Shown: positions 9,142-18,023 of the stretch, one piece after another
Layout: every line of letters begins with the position of its first letter
How positions within the stretch are numbered: position 1 is the first letter of the stretch
DNA from: an uncultured Roseicyclus sp.
Lineage (GTDB): Bacteria > Pseudomonadota > Alphaproteobacteria > Rhodobacterales > Rhodobacteraceae
Length of the DNA: 64,000 nt
Direction: 5' to 3'
NCBI GenBank assembly: GCA_964615955.1
Contig: CAZTUG010000003.1
Span: 1,226 to 65,225 of the forward strand
The notes under the pieces: model-generated
What the model was told of the DNA's origin: nothing
The model's database searches: none
The model's input: the letters and a program-made list of their open reading frames with translations, nothing else
Program-made: the position numbers and the translations under genes

Positions 9142-10302
9142 CTATTTCAAACGTTGCTCAAAAAACTCATCTTCGAGCCCTTCATATTTTTTGTCCAATA
9201 GCGGAGCCACGAAGCGCCACGGGACGAAGACTTCGTGCGAGCCAAAAGCGTAGGGCAGAACTCCATAGGGACTGAAATTCATCGTCAGGCCTCGGTCGTC
9301 GAAACTGAATTGCGAGGCGAGGCCCCAAGTGTGTTTCCGATCCTCAAATGAGTGCGTGATGAAGTCCTCTAGACCTTCGCCATCGAACATCGCGAGAAGG
9401 ACTTTCTTGCAATACTCAAGTAGCCGAAAGGCATTGTCTGCATCATGCCCTAGCAGATCATTGATTGAGCAAAGGCCATAGTCGGGCCCGAGAAAGTTAA
9501 GCGTAGTAACCCCATGGTTTGGGTGCGCGCCGCCCGAGTACCAATATACGGAAGACCGAACCGACAGAAACTCCCCACGCCGAAAAAATTCCTGCATGTT
9601 TAAACCCCACTCATGTGGTGCGTTGTATTCTACGGCCCGTTCTTTTTCTTGCTCGTCCATTAGCTTGAATTCGGCAACCGCACCAACAAACCCGCCCAGT
9701 GCTTCAGTAGTCAGACGTGCGTTGACAAAATCCCAGTAGACGTTGCCACCAGGGTACTGAAGGTAATCAGCGGAGACCAGAAAGTGCTCCGTTGATACAG
9801 ACGATTCGACATGCGAGGGCCGCGCCTCACCACTAGCGTCACGCGGGTCTTCCTTCACCGTCGTCGTTCTTTCGGGAGCAATCCGAAGGACGGTGCCGCC
9901 AAGTTGTCTTAAACGCTTCGTGACGGCATGCGCGAGTTGGTCGCGCCATGCCTCCTGGAAGTGGTCGATGTATTGAAATCGGATCAGCTCAACCGGCATC
10001 CGCAGGTCGTCAAGGCGAATAAAAACGACGTATGTCGCGCCAATCGGTTGGTCGTCGACGAGTTTAAGTGTCTGCTTGATTTCACGGTTCACGACGCCCG
10101 GCCGCGAAAATACCTCGGTAGATATCAAGTGGACAACGAAATCGGCATCTTGCTGTGCGGTGGCTCTTTCACGGTCCCAATCGTCGCCACCGGTCAGAGA
10201 TTCTTTGTCGAACCAGACGTTGTCATTGAGGGTTCTCAGAAAGCCACAAACCTCTTTAGCCGCCTCAAGACGTTCCGATGGATATCCCAAGAATATTTTC
10301 AC
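9142..10302 (-). CDS. TIR domain - DUF4163/DUF3298-like domain fusion protein
   Basis: The N-terminus VKIFLGYPSERLEAAKEVCGFLRTLNDNVWFDKESLTGGDDWDRERATAQQDADFVVHLISTEVFSRPGVVNREIKQ fits the bacterial TIR_2 pattern (F.SY, VW.D, G..W, conserved E). The C-terminus has the DUF3298 hallmark YWYSGGAHPNHG and LNF..G. No signal peptide or TM segment. Probable GTG start at 10302 (AAGGG 7 nt upstream); the track ORF extends to a TTG at 10380. Low GC. Confidence 0.8.
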   Translation of the reverse strand: MKIFLGYPSERLEAAKEVCGFLRTLNDNVWFDKESLTGGDDWDRERATAQQDADFVVHLISTEVFSRPGVVNREIKQTLKLVDDQPIGATYVVFIRLDDLRMPVELIRFQYIDHFQEAWRDQLAHAVTKRLRQLGGTVLRIAPERTTTVKEDPRDASGEARPSHVESSVSTEHFLVSADYLQYPGGNVYWDFVNARLTTEALGGFVGAVAEFKLMDEQEKERAVEYNAPHEWGLNMQEFFRRGEFLSVRSSVYWYSGGAHPNHGVTTLNFLGPDYGLCSINDLLGHDADNAFRLLEYCKKVLLAMFDGEGLEDFITHSFEDRKHTWGLASQFSFDDRGLTMNFSPYGVLPYAFGSHEVFVPWRFVAPLLDKKYEGLEDEFFEQRLK

Positions 10303-10544
10303 AGATCGCCCTTTGTCTCGATGAGTTTTCAGCAGAACCGTAAGCGATACGGGGGCTGTTGAGAAGGGCTGCGGCCACAATCCCTCAAATCGGGCATCTG
10401 CGGTTGTATGCTTCAGATTGTTGCTTCACCAAAAGGCTATTATCGAGGCGAAGCCGCTCGCCTGATCGGATTACTGTTTGTTCCCATGGGTTTGCGGATC
10501 TTCCGTGCGACACGACGCCGACGTTTCGTGTCCAACATTGGCAT

Positions 10545-10570
10545 AAGTCTTGGAGTTAACAAGACTTTTT
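10545..10570 (+). terminator. AT-rich hairpin plus T-run just inside the att-like end
   Basis: AAGTCTT-ggagttaac-AAGACTT followed by TTT. The stem is weak (7 bp, AT-rich). Confidence 0.25.
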
Positions 10571-10587
10571 GAGTGCAAGGAGTAACC

Positions 10588-10632
10588 CTCATAACCTGAA
10601 GGTCGTAGGTTCAAATCCTACTCCCGCAACCA
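10588..10632 (+). other. tRNA-Met (anticodon CAU) 3' fragment: anticodon loop to CCA, att-site-like remnant
   Basis: CTCATAACCTGAAGGTCGTAGGTTCAAATCCTACTCCCGCAACCA closely matches the 3' part of alphaproteobacterial initiator-type tRNA-Met (..CTCATAACCCGAAGGTCGTAGGTTCAAATCCTAC.CCCGCAACCA). The preceding 40 nt lack an acceptor 5' strand (GCGGGAG) and a D-arm, so this is not a functional tRNA. Confidence 0.7.
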
Positions 10633-10851
10633 ATTTTCTAAATACCATGAATGACTTAGCGCTGCGTCCGTTTGCTCGGGATCGCACCGCTAAAGTCATG
10701 GTGCGTAGCGTGCCCGCATGTGAATCCGGGAATAACGACTCGGGCACCGGCAGACCGCTTCGGGATGACGGCCAAGGCGGGGAACGGTCGTTCGCTGCGC
10801 CCGGCACGAATGCCCGGGACGCGCAGGATGCGGACCATGTCGAATTGGCGC

Positions 10852-11355
10852 CTAAGGTTTCGCGTCTCTGTCAATGGCGAAACTCAACACGGCAGGCAGC
10901 GCCAGTTGGTCGAGCTTGGCGAGGCGGTCGTCGATGTAATGTCCCGGGGCGTGAAGCAGGTTGACCGTTCCGATGAACTCTCCGCCCAGCACCACGGGCA
11001 GGTTTATCACGGACCCAAGACCGAGCGCGGCAATCATCTCGTGGTCGGGGAAGACGTCCGAAAATCCCTCGACAGAGTTCGCGACAAAAACCTCGCGCTC
11101 GCGGATCACGCGCCCGGTCCAGCGGTTCGGAACGATCTCCTTCAGTCCCGACAACGGGTAGTTCCTTGAATCGCTCGTGTATATACGCGCCGCGACGCCG
11201 CTTTCCGGGCCGGTCAGTCGGAACTCGGACACCGAGAAAAGCTTGTGGCCGATACAGGCCTGGCAAAGCTCCTCCAGAGCGGGGAACAGGTTGGTCCAGC
11301 CATCGCTCCGGACGGTGCGGGCGAAGCGCGCAAGTGGGGCAGTCCCGTTATCCAA
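10852..11355 (-). CDS. GAF domain-containing protein
   Basis: 167 aa. The GSVINLPVVLGGEFIGTVNLLH pattern is typical of small GAF proteins. The TTG start overlaps the stop of the upstream M24 gene by 8 nt. Confidence 0.75.
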   Translation of the reverse strand: MDNGTAPLARFARTVRSDGWTNLFPALEELCQACIGHKLFSVSEFRLTGPESGVAARIYTSDSRNYPLSGLKEIVPNRWTGRVIREREVFVANSVEGFSDVFPDHEMIAALGLGSVINLPVVLGGEFIGTVNLLHAPGHYIDDRLAKLDQLALPAVLSFAIDRDAKP

Positions 11356-12451
11356 TGACCTGCATCCTTGTGTCGAACTGCGTCAGGCAAACGTGGCCGT
11401 TTTCGACGACCACGACATCATCCTCGATGCGGACCCCGATCTCGGCCTCCCGGTACAGCCCGGGTTCGATTGTGAAGACCATGCCGGTGCGCTGCGGGGC
11501 CGTGTTGGATCGCAGGATTGGCGGCGCCTCGTGCACCTCCCGGCCAAGCCCATGGCCGGTCTTGTGCAAGATCATGTCGGCGAAGCGCGATGCCTCGAGA
11601 ACGCCGGACGCGGCATCGTCCACGGCGCGCAAGGGGGCGCCGGCGCACACGGCCGCGCGACCGGCCAGATTTGCACCCAGCACTGTTTCGTAGATTTCCG
11701 CGTGGGCGTCGGTGGCATGCTCGCAGAATACGGTTCGGGTGATGTCGGCATGCATGGTGCCGTAACTTGCGCCGAAATCCATCAGCAAGACGTCGCCCGC
11801 CGAAAGCCTTCGGTCGGACGGGTCGCCATGCGGGTTCGCCGCTGCGCCACCACCAAGCACGATCGGATCGAAGGCGAAGCCGGTTGCGCCGTGGGAAAGC
11901 ATCGCCGCTTTCAGACGGGCAGCTATCTGGCGCTCGCTGCAACCGCAAATGCCTGCCTCAAGGGTTTCGCCCAACGCCGCCTCGCTGATCGAGATGGCCC
12001 GGCGCAGCTGGTCCAGTTCTTCCGCGTCCTTGATCAATCGTAGATCGGACAGAGCGGCATCGGCGTCGGTCAAGGCTGCGACGCCCACATGCCGGGCCAG
12101 CGCCCTGTATTCGGCGGCGCGCATCCGCATCCCCTCGATCCCGAGCGGCAATCTGGCGGAAAGGCGTGCCGCAAGCGCGGCGAAGCCGGCTTCAGGCCCC
12201 TCCGCGTCATCCCAGTATGTCGTCTCGCACCGAGGCATCGCAGCCTGCCACTTTTGACGTTCGAGGGCCGGCATCAGCGCATGCGAGTCACCGTCTGCCA
12301 TCAACACGTAAAGCGTCGGCCGCTCCATCAAGTGCAGCGAGACGTCGGTGAGATACCGCAGGTTCGGCCCCGGCACGAACGCGACGCAGCCAAGCCCGGC
12401 GTCGCGCAACAAAGTTGCAGCGCGTGCGCGCCGATCATCGAGAACGTTCAT
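11348..12451 (-). CDS. M24 family metallopeptidase (Xaa-Pro aminopeptidase/creatinase-like)
   Basis: 367 aa with a creatinase/prolidase N-domain plus pita-bread fold. Metal ligands appear in LLMDFGASY, DITRT, HKTGHGLGREVHE, FTIEPG and IRIEDDV. ATGA overlap with the GntR gene. Confidence 0.9.
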   Translation of the reverse strand: MNVLDDRRARAATLLRDAGLGCVAFVPGPNLRYLTDVSLHLMERPTLYVLMADGDSHALMPALERQKWQAAMPRCETTYWDDAEGPEAGFAALAARLSARLPLGIEGMRMRAAEYRALARHVGVAALTDADAALSDLRLIKDAEELDQLRRAISISEAALGETLEAGICGCSERQIAARLKAAMLSHGATGFAFDPIVLGGGAAANPHGDPSDRRLSAGDVLLMDFGASYGTMHADITRTVFCEHATDAHAEIYETVLGANLAGRAAVCAGAPLRAVDDAASGVLEASRFADMILHKTGHGLGREVHEAPPILRSNTAPQRTGMVFTIEPGLYREAEIGVRIEDDVVVVENGHVCLTQFDTRMQVIG

Positions 12452-13182
12452 GGCTCCTGCACCTGATCGATCGCCATCTTGTGCCCGAAGCGCGGGCCCA
12501 GGCCGTTCTGGATGACGCGGGATTCAAAGAGAATGACCGCGCTGACCGCGACATCGCCAGCCTCCGCGTCGTGTGCCGCCATGGCGTCGACAACAGCCCT
12601 CAACCGCGCCACCGCCTCGTTGAATTCGGCCTTGGTCAGGTGCGGGAAGAAGTACAGAAGCTTCATGCGGACCGAGGCGTCCTGTGCTTCGAGGAAATAC
12701 TTCGACAAGAAGCGATTGCGCGCGAGGCTCGCGATGTGCCGGAAAAGGCCAAGCTGCGCGCGGAAGGCCGACTCGGTGTCGCCTGCCTGCAGGCCTGTTT
12801 CATAGGTCGCGACGAAGGCTTCGAGATCGGCACGTCGTGTCTGGCCTTGCAGTGCGGCGGCACGGATCAGGCCCCGCGACAGAAGCAGATACGTGTCGAG
12901 AAACGCTGATTGGTTGTGCAGGGACAGGGGCGCGACGATCGACGTCCTGTTCTGGAGGAACTGGACGAAGCCTTCGTTCGCAAGCAGTAAAAGGGCTTCG
13001 CGGACAGGTGTGCGCGACACCTCGTAGGACTTGGCCAGTTCGACTTCGTCGAGCGCCGTGCCCGGCGCGATCCGAAGCCACTGTATATCTTCGCGCAGTT
13101 TTTCATGGACCATCAGCGCGCCCCGCTTCTTGCGGGGGGGCGAGGTCTTGGCGGCGTCGGTAGGGTCATTTTGCGTCTGCAT
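12448..13182 (-). CDS. GntR family transcriptional regulator
   Basis: Internal ATG at 13182 gives MQTQNDP.... HTH motif ELAKSYEVSRTPVREALLLLANEGFV plus an FCD-like C-terminal domain. Track ORF 12448..13356 is over-extended across the promoter region. Confidence 0.85.
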   Translation of the reverse strand: MQTQNDPTDAAKTSPPRKKRGALMVHEKLREDIQWLRIAPGTALDEVELAKSYEVSRTPVREALLLLANEGFVQFLQNRTSIVAPLSLHNQSAFLDTYLLLSRGLIRAAALQGQTRRADLEAFVATYETGLQAGDTESAFRAQLGLFRHIASLARNRFLSKYFLEAQDASVRMKLLYFFPHLTKAEFNEAVARLRAVVDAMAAHDAEAGDVAVSAVILFESRVIQNGLGPRFGHKMAIDQVQEP

Positions 13183-13192
13183 GAAAAAATTC

Positions 13193-13211
13193 TTGCATAA
13201 AGTTTGCATAA
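13193..13211. promoter_or_regulatory. direct repeat TTGCATAA-N3-TTGCATAA, candidate operator
   Basis: Lies in the AT-rich divergent intergenic region between the GntR gene (13182) and the SBP gene (13260). Confidence 0.3.
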
Positions 13212-13259
13212 TAGACAACCTGAAACCATCACGGATCAAAAAATTCCTGGAGGACGAAG

Positions 13260-14246
13260 ATGGGGAAGTTCGGAATGCTATTGCTCGCCGGCACAGCGGT
13301 GACCGGCTTGGCTGACGCCGCCGCGGCCGAGGGCACGATCGCCTATTTCGCGGCAACGTCGCAGAACGGGTTCAACCAGGCCACCTATGAAGGTGTGCAG
13401 GAGGTCGCGGCTGCACGCGGCTACGACACCGAGATCCTTGATGGGCGGTTCGATGCGGCCGTGCAGTACAGCCAGATCGAGGATGCGCTGGCCTCGGGGC
13501 GCTACGTCGGCATGATCGTGGCTCCGAACGATTCGGTGGGCATCGCCGGCGCCTTCGAGCAGGTGATAGCCGAAGGCATCCCGATCGGAACCGTCTTGTT
13601 CCCCATCGGCCCGGACCTGAACTCGCTCGACCCGCAAGTCGAGGGGATTACCGTCACCGCCGCCTCGCCACCGGTGCCCGGCGCCACCAGCCAGGCCGAG
13701 GCCGTGGTGGCGTATTGCGCCGACAGGGATCCGTGCCGCGTCGTCATCATGATCGGGGCGCAAATCTTCCCGTTCGACAACCTGCGCCTGGAAACCTTCC
13801 AGGCCGTCCTGGGCGCGCATGACAACATCGAGGTCGTGGCCGTCGGCGAGGGGTATTACTCGCCTGATCCAAGTCTGCAGGCGATGAGCGACATCCTGCA
13901 GGCCCACCCGGATGTCGATGTTGTGCTGTCCAACGCCGACCAGCATCTTGTCGGCGTCGAGATAGCGCTTGAAGGGGCAGGCATTGACCCGGCAGGGCTT
14001 TACCTGTCGGGCGGCGGGGCGGCGGCCATCGCCATCTCGGCGATTCGTGAAGGCCGCTGGGATTCGACGCTGGCCTATTTCCCCAGGACGATGGGTGCGC
14101 TGGCGATGGAACAGATCGCCAACGCGATCGAGGGAAGGCCGGTCACCCAGGCCATCAACATGGATGAGGCGGGACCGATCGAGGCGATGATCGATGCCGA
14201 CGTGCTTGCGGCCAACCCCGAGTTCACTGGCGAGTGGGAACAGTAA
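13260..14246 (+). CDS. ABC transporter substrate-binding protein (ribose/LacI-type periplasmic binding fold)
   Basis: 328 aa with RBS GGAGGA and signal peptide MGKFGMLLLAGTAVTGLADAAAA. Type I periplasmic-binding-protein-like sequence. Confidence 0.85.
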   Translation: MGKFGMLLLAGTAVTGLADAAAAEGTIAYFAATSQNGFNQATYEGVQEVAAARGYDTEILDGRFDAAVQYSQIEDALASGRYVGMIVAPNDSVGIAGAFEQVIAEGIPIGTVLFPIGPDLNSLDPQVEGITVTAASPPVPGATSQAEAVVAYCADRDPCRVVIMIGAQIFPFDNLRLETFQAVLGAHDNIEVVAVGEGYYSPDPSLQAMSDILQAHPDVDVVLSNADQHLVGVEIALEGAGIDPAGLYLSGGGAAAIAISAIREGRWDSTLAYFPRTMGALAMEQIANAIEGRPVTQAINMDEAGPIEAMIDADVLAANPEFTGEWEQ

Positions 14247-14310
14247 ACCCGACCACCAGACCTGCGGCGTGCGCATCGTGCACGCCGCCACAGGACAGGG
14301 ATCAGAAATC

Positions 14311-16338
14311 GTGACTATCAGCTATCGCGTGTCGGCCGATATCGGCGGGACATTTACAGACATCGTCTACCAGGATGTTGCAACCGGCCGCTGCGGTGCA
14401 ACCAAGGTCCTGTCGACGCCGGACAACCCGGCACTCGCGGTCCTGAAGGGGATCGACCAGGTGCTTGGGGATGACGGCAAACTGACATTCTTCGTGCATG
14501 GCACGACTGTCGGGCTCAACGCGCTTCTGACGCGGCGCGGCTCGAAGGTCGCCCTCGTGACGAACGAGAATTTCCGCGACGTCTACACCATCCAGGGAAA
14601 CGACCGCGGCGAGATCTTCTCCATCCGCTGGAACAAGCCCGAGCCTCTTGTCACATTGGAGCACACCTATACGGTCGGCGGTCGCATCGCGGCCGATGGC
14701 AGCGAGCTTGCGCCACTGCGCCTGTCGGATCTGGATGTGCTGGTGGATGCCTGCTTGCGAGAGCGCTACGAGGCCATCGCAGTTTCCCTGCTCTTCTCCT
14801 TCAACAACCCTGCGCATGAGCTGGCGGTGCGCGATTACCTCGTCGAACGGCTGCCCGATGTGCAGATCGTGTTGTCGCATCATGTGTCGCCGGAATGGCG
14901 CGAGTTCGAGCGGACATCGACCGCGGTCACGGATGCCTATCTGGCGCCCGTGGTGCGGCGCTACATCGCGACGCTGCAAAACGAGATGGGCGACCGACTG
15001 CCCGAAGGCGGTGCGCTGCACGTCATGGAATCCAATGGCGGGGTGATGACGGCGGCAGCCGCCTCCGCGACGCCGCTTCAAACACTGCTTTCGGGTCCGG
15101 TCGGCGGTGCCATCGGCGGCAAGGCGCTTGCGGCCACAACGGGCCGCGGCAACCTCATCTGCGTTGATATGGGCGGCACGTCCTTTGACGCCTCGCTGGT
15201 GGTCGATGGCCTGCCGTCCACCTCGAACGAGGCCAAGCTGGAGGGCCTGCCCCTGCAAATGTCGGTTGTGGACATTCACGTGATCGGCGCGGGCGGTGGA
15301 TCCATCGCCTGGCAAGAAGCCGGCGCCTTGCGTGTCGGGCCGCAATCTGCCGGATCCAACCCCGGCCCGGTCTGCTACGGTCTCGGCGGAACGGATCCGG
15401 TCGTGTCCGATGCGAACCTCGTCCTGGGGCGTCTGGACGGCGCCAATTTCTCTGGCGGCGAAATGACCCTTGACCGGGACGCGGCTGCGGACGCGCTGGC
15501 GCGGCTGGGCGCCGCGTTCGGCATGAATGCCGAGCAGATGGCGCAGGGCGTGATCGATATCGTCAACGCGAAGATGGCCGATGCCATCCGCACCATAACA
15601 ATTCAGCGCGGGATCGATCCGCGCGAATTCTCGCTGGTGGCCTTCGGCGGGGCGGGTCCGTCGCAGGCGGCGGCACTGGCCGAAGAACTGGAGATCGCCG
15701 AAGTCATCATTCCCGTCCATCCCGGCGCATTCTCGGCCTGGGGGATGTTGCAGACCGACATGCGCCATGACTTCAAGGAAACGCTTTACAGCTTCTGGGA
15801 CATGATCGAGGCCGAAACCATCGATAGCGCCTTCGACGCCTTGCGCGAGCGTGGCCGTGCCCATCTTGGCGCGGAAGGCATCACCATGGACCAAATCGCC
15901 TTCGAGCGTGCGATCGACTTCCGCTATTACGGGCAGGAATACGTGCTGACAATCGCACTTGATGACGGGCCGATCGACATGGACAAGGTGCGCGCCGATT
16001 TCGACGCCGCCTACCAGCGGCAATATGGCCACAACAGTCCCGAGAACCGCGTCGAGATGGCCAATATCCGCCTTGCCGCGCTGGGTCGGCTGGAGCGCCC
16101 CGAGAACGCACCGCCAGAGCGGGTCAATTCGCGCCCTCGACGCGAACGCGAGGTGTGGTTCGGGGGCAAGCCGCAGACCGCCGCCATCCTTGACCGCAAC
16201 GGCATCGGCGAAGGCGACAGCGTATCGGGCCCCGCCATCATCGAGGAAGTCACATCGACCACCCTCTTGCCGCCCGGCTGGACTGCGCGGCTGATCGAGG
16301 GCGGCCACATGACACTCACCCGGGAGGATGCGGCATGA
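14311..16338 (+). CDS. hyuA: hydantoinase/oxoprolinase family protein, A subunit
   Basis: GTG at 14311 gives VTISYRVSADIGGTFTDIV, the canonical HyuA N-terminus. Also GTTVGLNALLTRRG and DMGGTSFD. Track ORF 14194.. is over-extended. Confidence 0.9.
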   Translation: MTISYRVSADIGGTFTDIVYQDVATGRCGATKVLSTPDNPALAVLKGIDQVLGDDGKLTFFVHGTTVGLNALLTRRGSKVALVTNENFRDVYTIQGNDRGEIFSIRWNKPEPLVTLEHTYTVGGRIAADGSELAPLRLSDLDVLVDACLRERYEAIAVSLLFSFNNPAHELAVRDYLVERLPDVQIVLSHHVSPEWREFERTSTAVTDAYLAPVVRRYIATLQNEMGDRLPEGGALHVMESNGGVMTAAAASATPLQTLLSGPVGGAIGGKALAATTGRGNLICVDMGGTSFDASLVVDGLPSTSNEAKLEGLPLQMSVVDIHVIGAGGGSIAWQEAGALRVGPQSAGSNPGPVCYGLGGTDPVVSDANLVLGRLDGANFSGGEMTLDRDAAADALARLGAAFGMNAEQMAQGVIDIVNAKMADAIRTITIQRGIDPREFSLVAFGGAGPSQAAALAEELEIAEVIIPVHPGAFSAWGMLQTDMRHDFKETLYSFWDMIEAETIDSAFDALRERGRAHLGAEGITMDQIAFERAIDFRYYGQEYVLTIALDDGPIDMDKVRADFDAAYQRQYGHNSPENRVEMANIRLAALGRLERPENAPPERVNSRPRREREVWFGGKPQTAAILDRNGIGEGDSVSGPAIIEEVTSTTLLPPGWTARLIEGGHMTLTREDAA

Positions 16339-18023
16339 GCCAGGCAGATCCGATCACCACCGAAGTCGTCCGCAATTTCGTCATTTCCTGCGCGGAAGAC
16401 ATGAACGCCTCGCTCTGGCGCTCGGCCCATTCGGCGATCATCTACGAGGGCAAGGACAGCGCCGTTGCCTTGATGGACGAACGGGGCAACATGCTGGGCC
16501 AATCCACCGGCGTGCCGCTCTTCATCGGCGCCATCGATGTCTGTGTCCGCCATGTGCAGGACTATTACGGCGATGATATCCACGAAGGCGACATCTTCAT
16601 CATGAACGACAGCTACATGCAGGGCACGCACCTGCATGATGTCACCGCCATCGGCCCCATTTTCCACGAGGGCGAACTGGTCGGTTTTGGCGCGGCGCGG
16701 GCGCATTGGAACGACATCGGCGCGATGGATCCCGGTTCGACCATGTCGTCCACCAACATCTATCAGGAGGGCTTGCGCCTTGGACCGACACGGATCGTGT
16801 CGCGCGGCAAGCCGGTGCGCGAGTGGTACGACCACCTCAAGCTCAACACCCGGCTCGAGGGCGCCACCATCGGCGATCTCGGCGCGCAGATCGCCGCCAT
16901 CCGCACCGGCGAGCGGCGTCTTGGCCAGCTTCTGTCGAAGATCGGAACAAGGACCTACCGCGCCGCTTGCCAGAACATATTCGCGCAGGCGCGCCGGATG
17001 GATCGCGAAGCCATCGCCGCGATCAAGGACGGAACCTGGAGCCGCGAGGGTTATCTGGACAATGACGGTGTGGGTACCGAACCGGTCAAGGTCAAGCTGA
17101 CGCTCACGGTCCGGGGCGAGGACCTGATCGTCGATCTGACCGGCACGTCGGGGCCGGTCGCAGGGTCGGTCAATTGTGGCGCAAGCCAGACGGAGTCGCT
17201 GCTGCGACTGGCCTACAAGACGATGATCTCGCCCGAACGCGCGATCACCGGCGGCTCCTTCGAGACGATGACGGTCGTGCTGCCAGACGATTGCATGTTC
17301 AACGCCGGTGAACCTGCCGCCTGCGAATGGTATTTCACCGGGCTGGGTCTTCTGGCCGACCTTTTCATCTCCTGCCTCGGCGAAGCGATGCCAGAGCGCT
17401 CGACCGCCGCGCATTACGGCGACTCCATGGTCGTGGGCTTCTTCTCCGTCGACCCCAGGCGCGGACAGTGGATCTCGATCGAGCCGACCGCCGGAGGCTG
17501 GGGCGGGCGCCACGACAGCGATGGCGAAAGCGCGCTGATCAACCTTGTCAACGGCGGTTTCCGCAACATCCCCGCCGAGGTGATGGAGACGAAGTTTCCG
17601 GTGCGGCTGGAGGAATTCGCGATCCGTACCGACAGCGCCGGGCCGGGCAGGCATCGCGGCGGCTGCGGCGTGGTGCGGCGTTACAAGATGCTGGAGGATT
17701 GCCATGGCGCGATCTGGTTCGAGCGCTCGAAGACGCCCGCCTGGGGCCTGAACGGCGGCGGCGACGGCATGGGGCCGGAGGTCACGGTCAGCTTTCCCGA
17801 CGGCGTCGTGGAAGACCCGCTCAAGATGCGCGCGCGCGCCTTGCCGGCCGGAACCATCGTCGAAACCAGGACCGGCGGCGGTGGTGGCAATGGCGATCCG
17901 CTAGAGCGCGATGTCGCGGCGGTGGCGCGCGACGTGGCCCGGGGTCTCGTAAGCCGCGAGGCGGCCGCACGGGATTACGGTGTGACCGTCACCAGCGATG
18001 GCGAAGCGACGCGCGCCGGATGA
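16335..18023 (+). CDS. hyuB: hydantoinase B/oxoprolinase family protein, B subunit
   Basis: 562 aa. DPITTEVVRNFV and NDSYMQGTHLHDV motifs. ATGA overlap with hyuA. Confidence 0.9.
   Translation: MSQADPITTEVVRNFVISCAEDMNASLWRSAHSAIIYEGKDSAVALMDERGNMLGQSTGVPLFIGAIDVCVRHVQDYYGDDIHEGDIFIMNDSYMQGTHLHDVTAIGPIFHEGELVGFGAARAHWNDIGAMDPGSTMSSTNIYQEGLRLGPTRIVSRGKPVREWYDHLKLNTRLEGATIGDLGAQIAAIRTGERRLGQLLSKIGTRTYRAACQNIFAQARRMDREAIAAIKDGTWSREGYLDNDGVGTEPVKVKLTLTVRGEDLIVDLTGTSGPVAGSVNCGASQTESLLRLAYKTMISPERAITGGSFETMTVVLPDDCMFNAGEPAACEWYFTGLGLLADLFISCLGEAMPERSTAAHYGDSMVVGFFSVDPRRGQWISIEPTAGGWGGRHDSDGESALINLVNGGFRNIPAEVMETKFPVRLEEFAIRTDSAGPGRHRGGCGVVRRYKMLEDCHGAIWFERSKTPAWGLNGGGDGMGPEVTVSFPDGVVEDPLKMRARALPAGTIVETRTGGGGGNGDPLERDVAAVARDVARGLVSREAAARDYGVTVTSDGEATRAG

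Larger units (their letters stand above)
8250..10632. mobile_element. decayed tRNA-Met-associated integrative island (remnant)
   Basis: GC content visibly drops, especially across 9.1-10.6 kb. The region contains an integrase C-terminal fragment, an orphan ORF fragment, a TIR-domain cargo gene and a terminal 45-nt tRNA-Met 3' copy (att-like). The left boundary is approximate, and no matching direct repeat is visible there. Confidence 0.45.

Noticed and set aside
9142-10380. Canonical Thoeris (ThsA/ThsB) system
   Set aside because: Only a single TIR gene is present. No SIR2/Macro-SLOG ThsA-like partner or any other defence gene is adjacent. It is therefore reported as an unclassified TIR fusion rather than as Thoeris.
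10556-10632. Possible complete tRNA-Met gene
   Set aside because: Only the anticodon loop to the CCA end is tRNA-like. The upstream ~35 nt lack the acceptor 5' strand complementary to CTCCCGC and any D-arm, and instead form an AT-rich hairpin. It is treated as an att-type fragment.
14302-17705. Long minus-strand ORFs (668 aa and 564 aa) opposite hyuA/hyuB
   Set aside because: They are Arg/Gly/His-rich antisense frames of clearly conserved plus-strand genes, a typical high-GC artefact.
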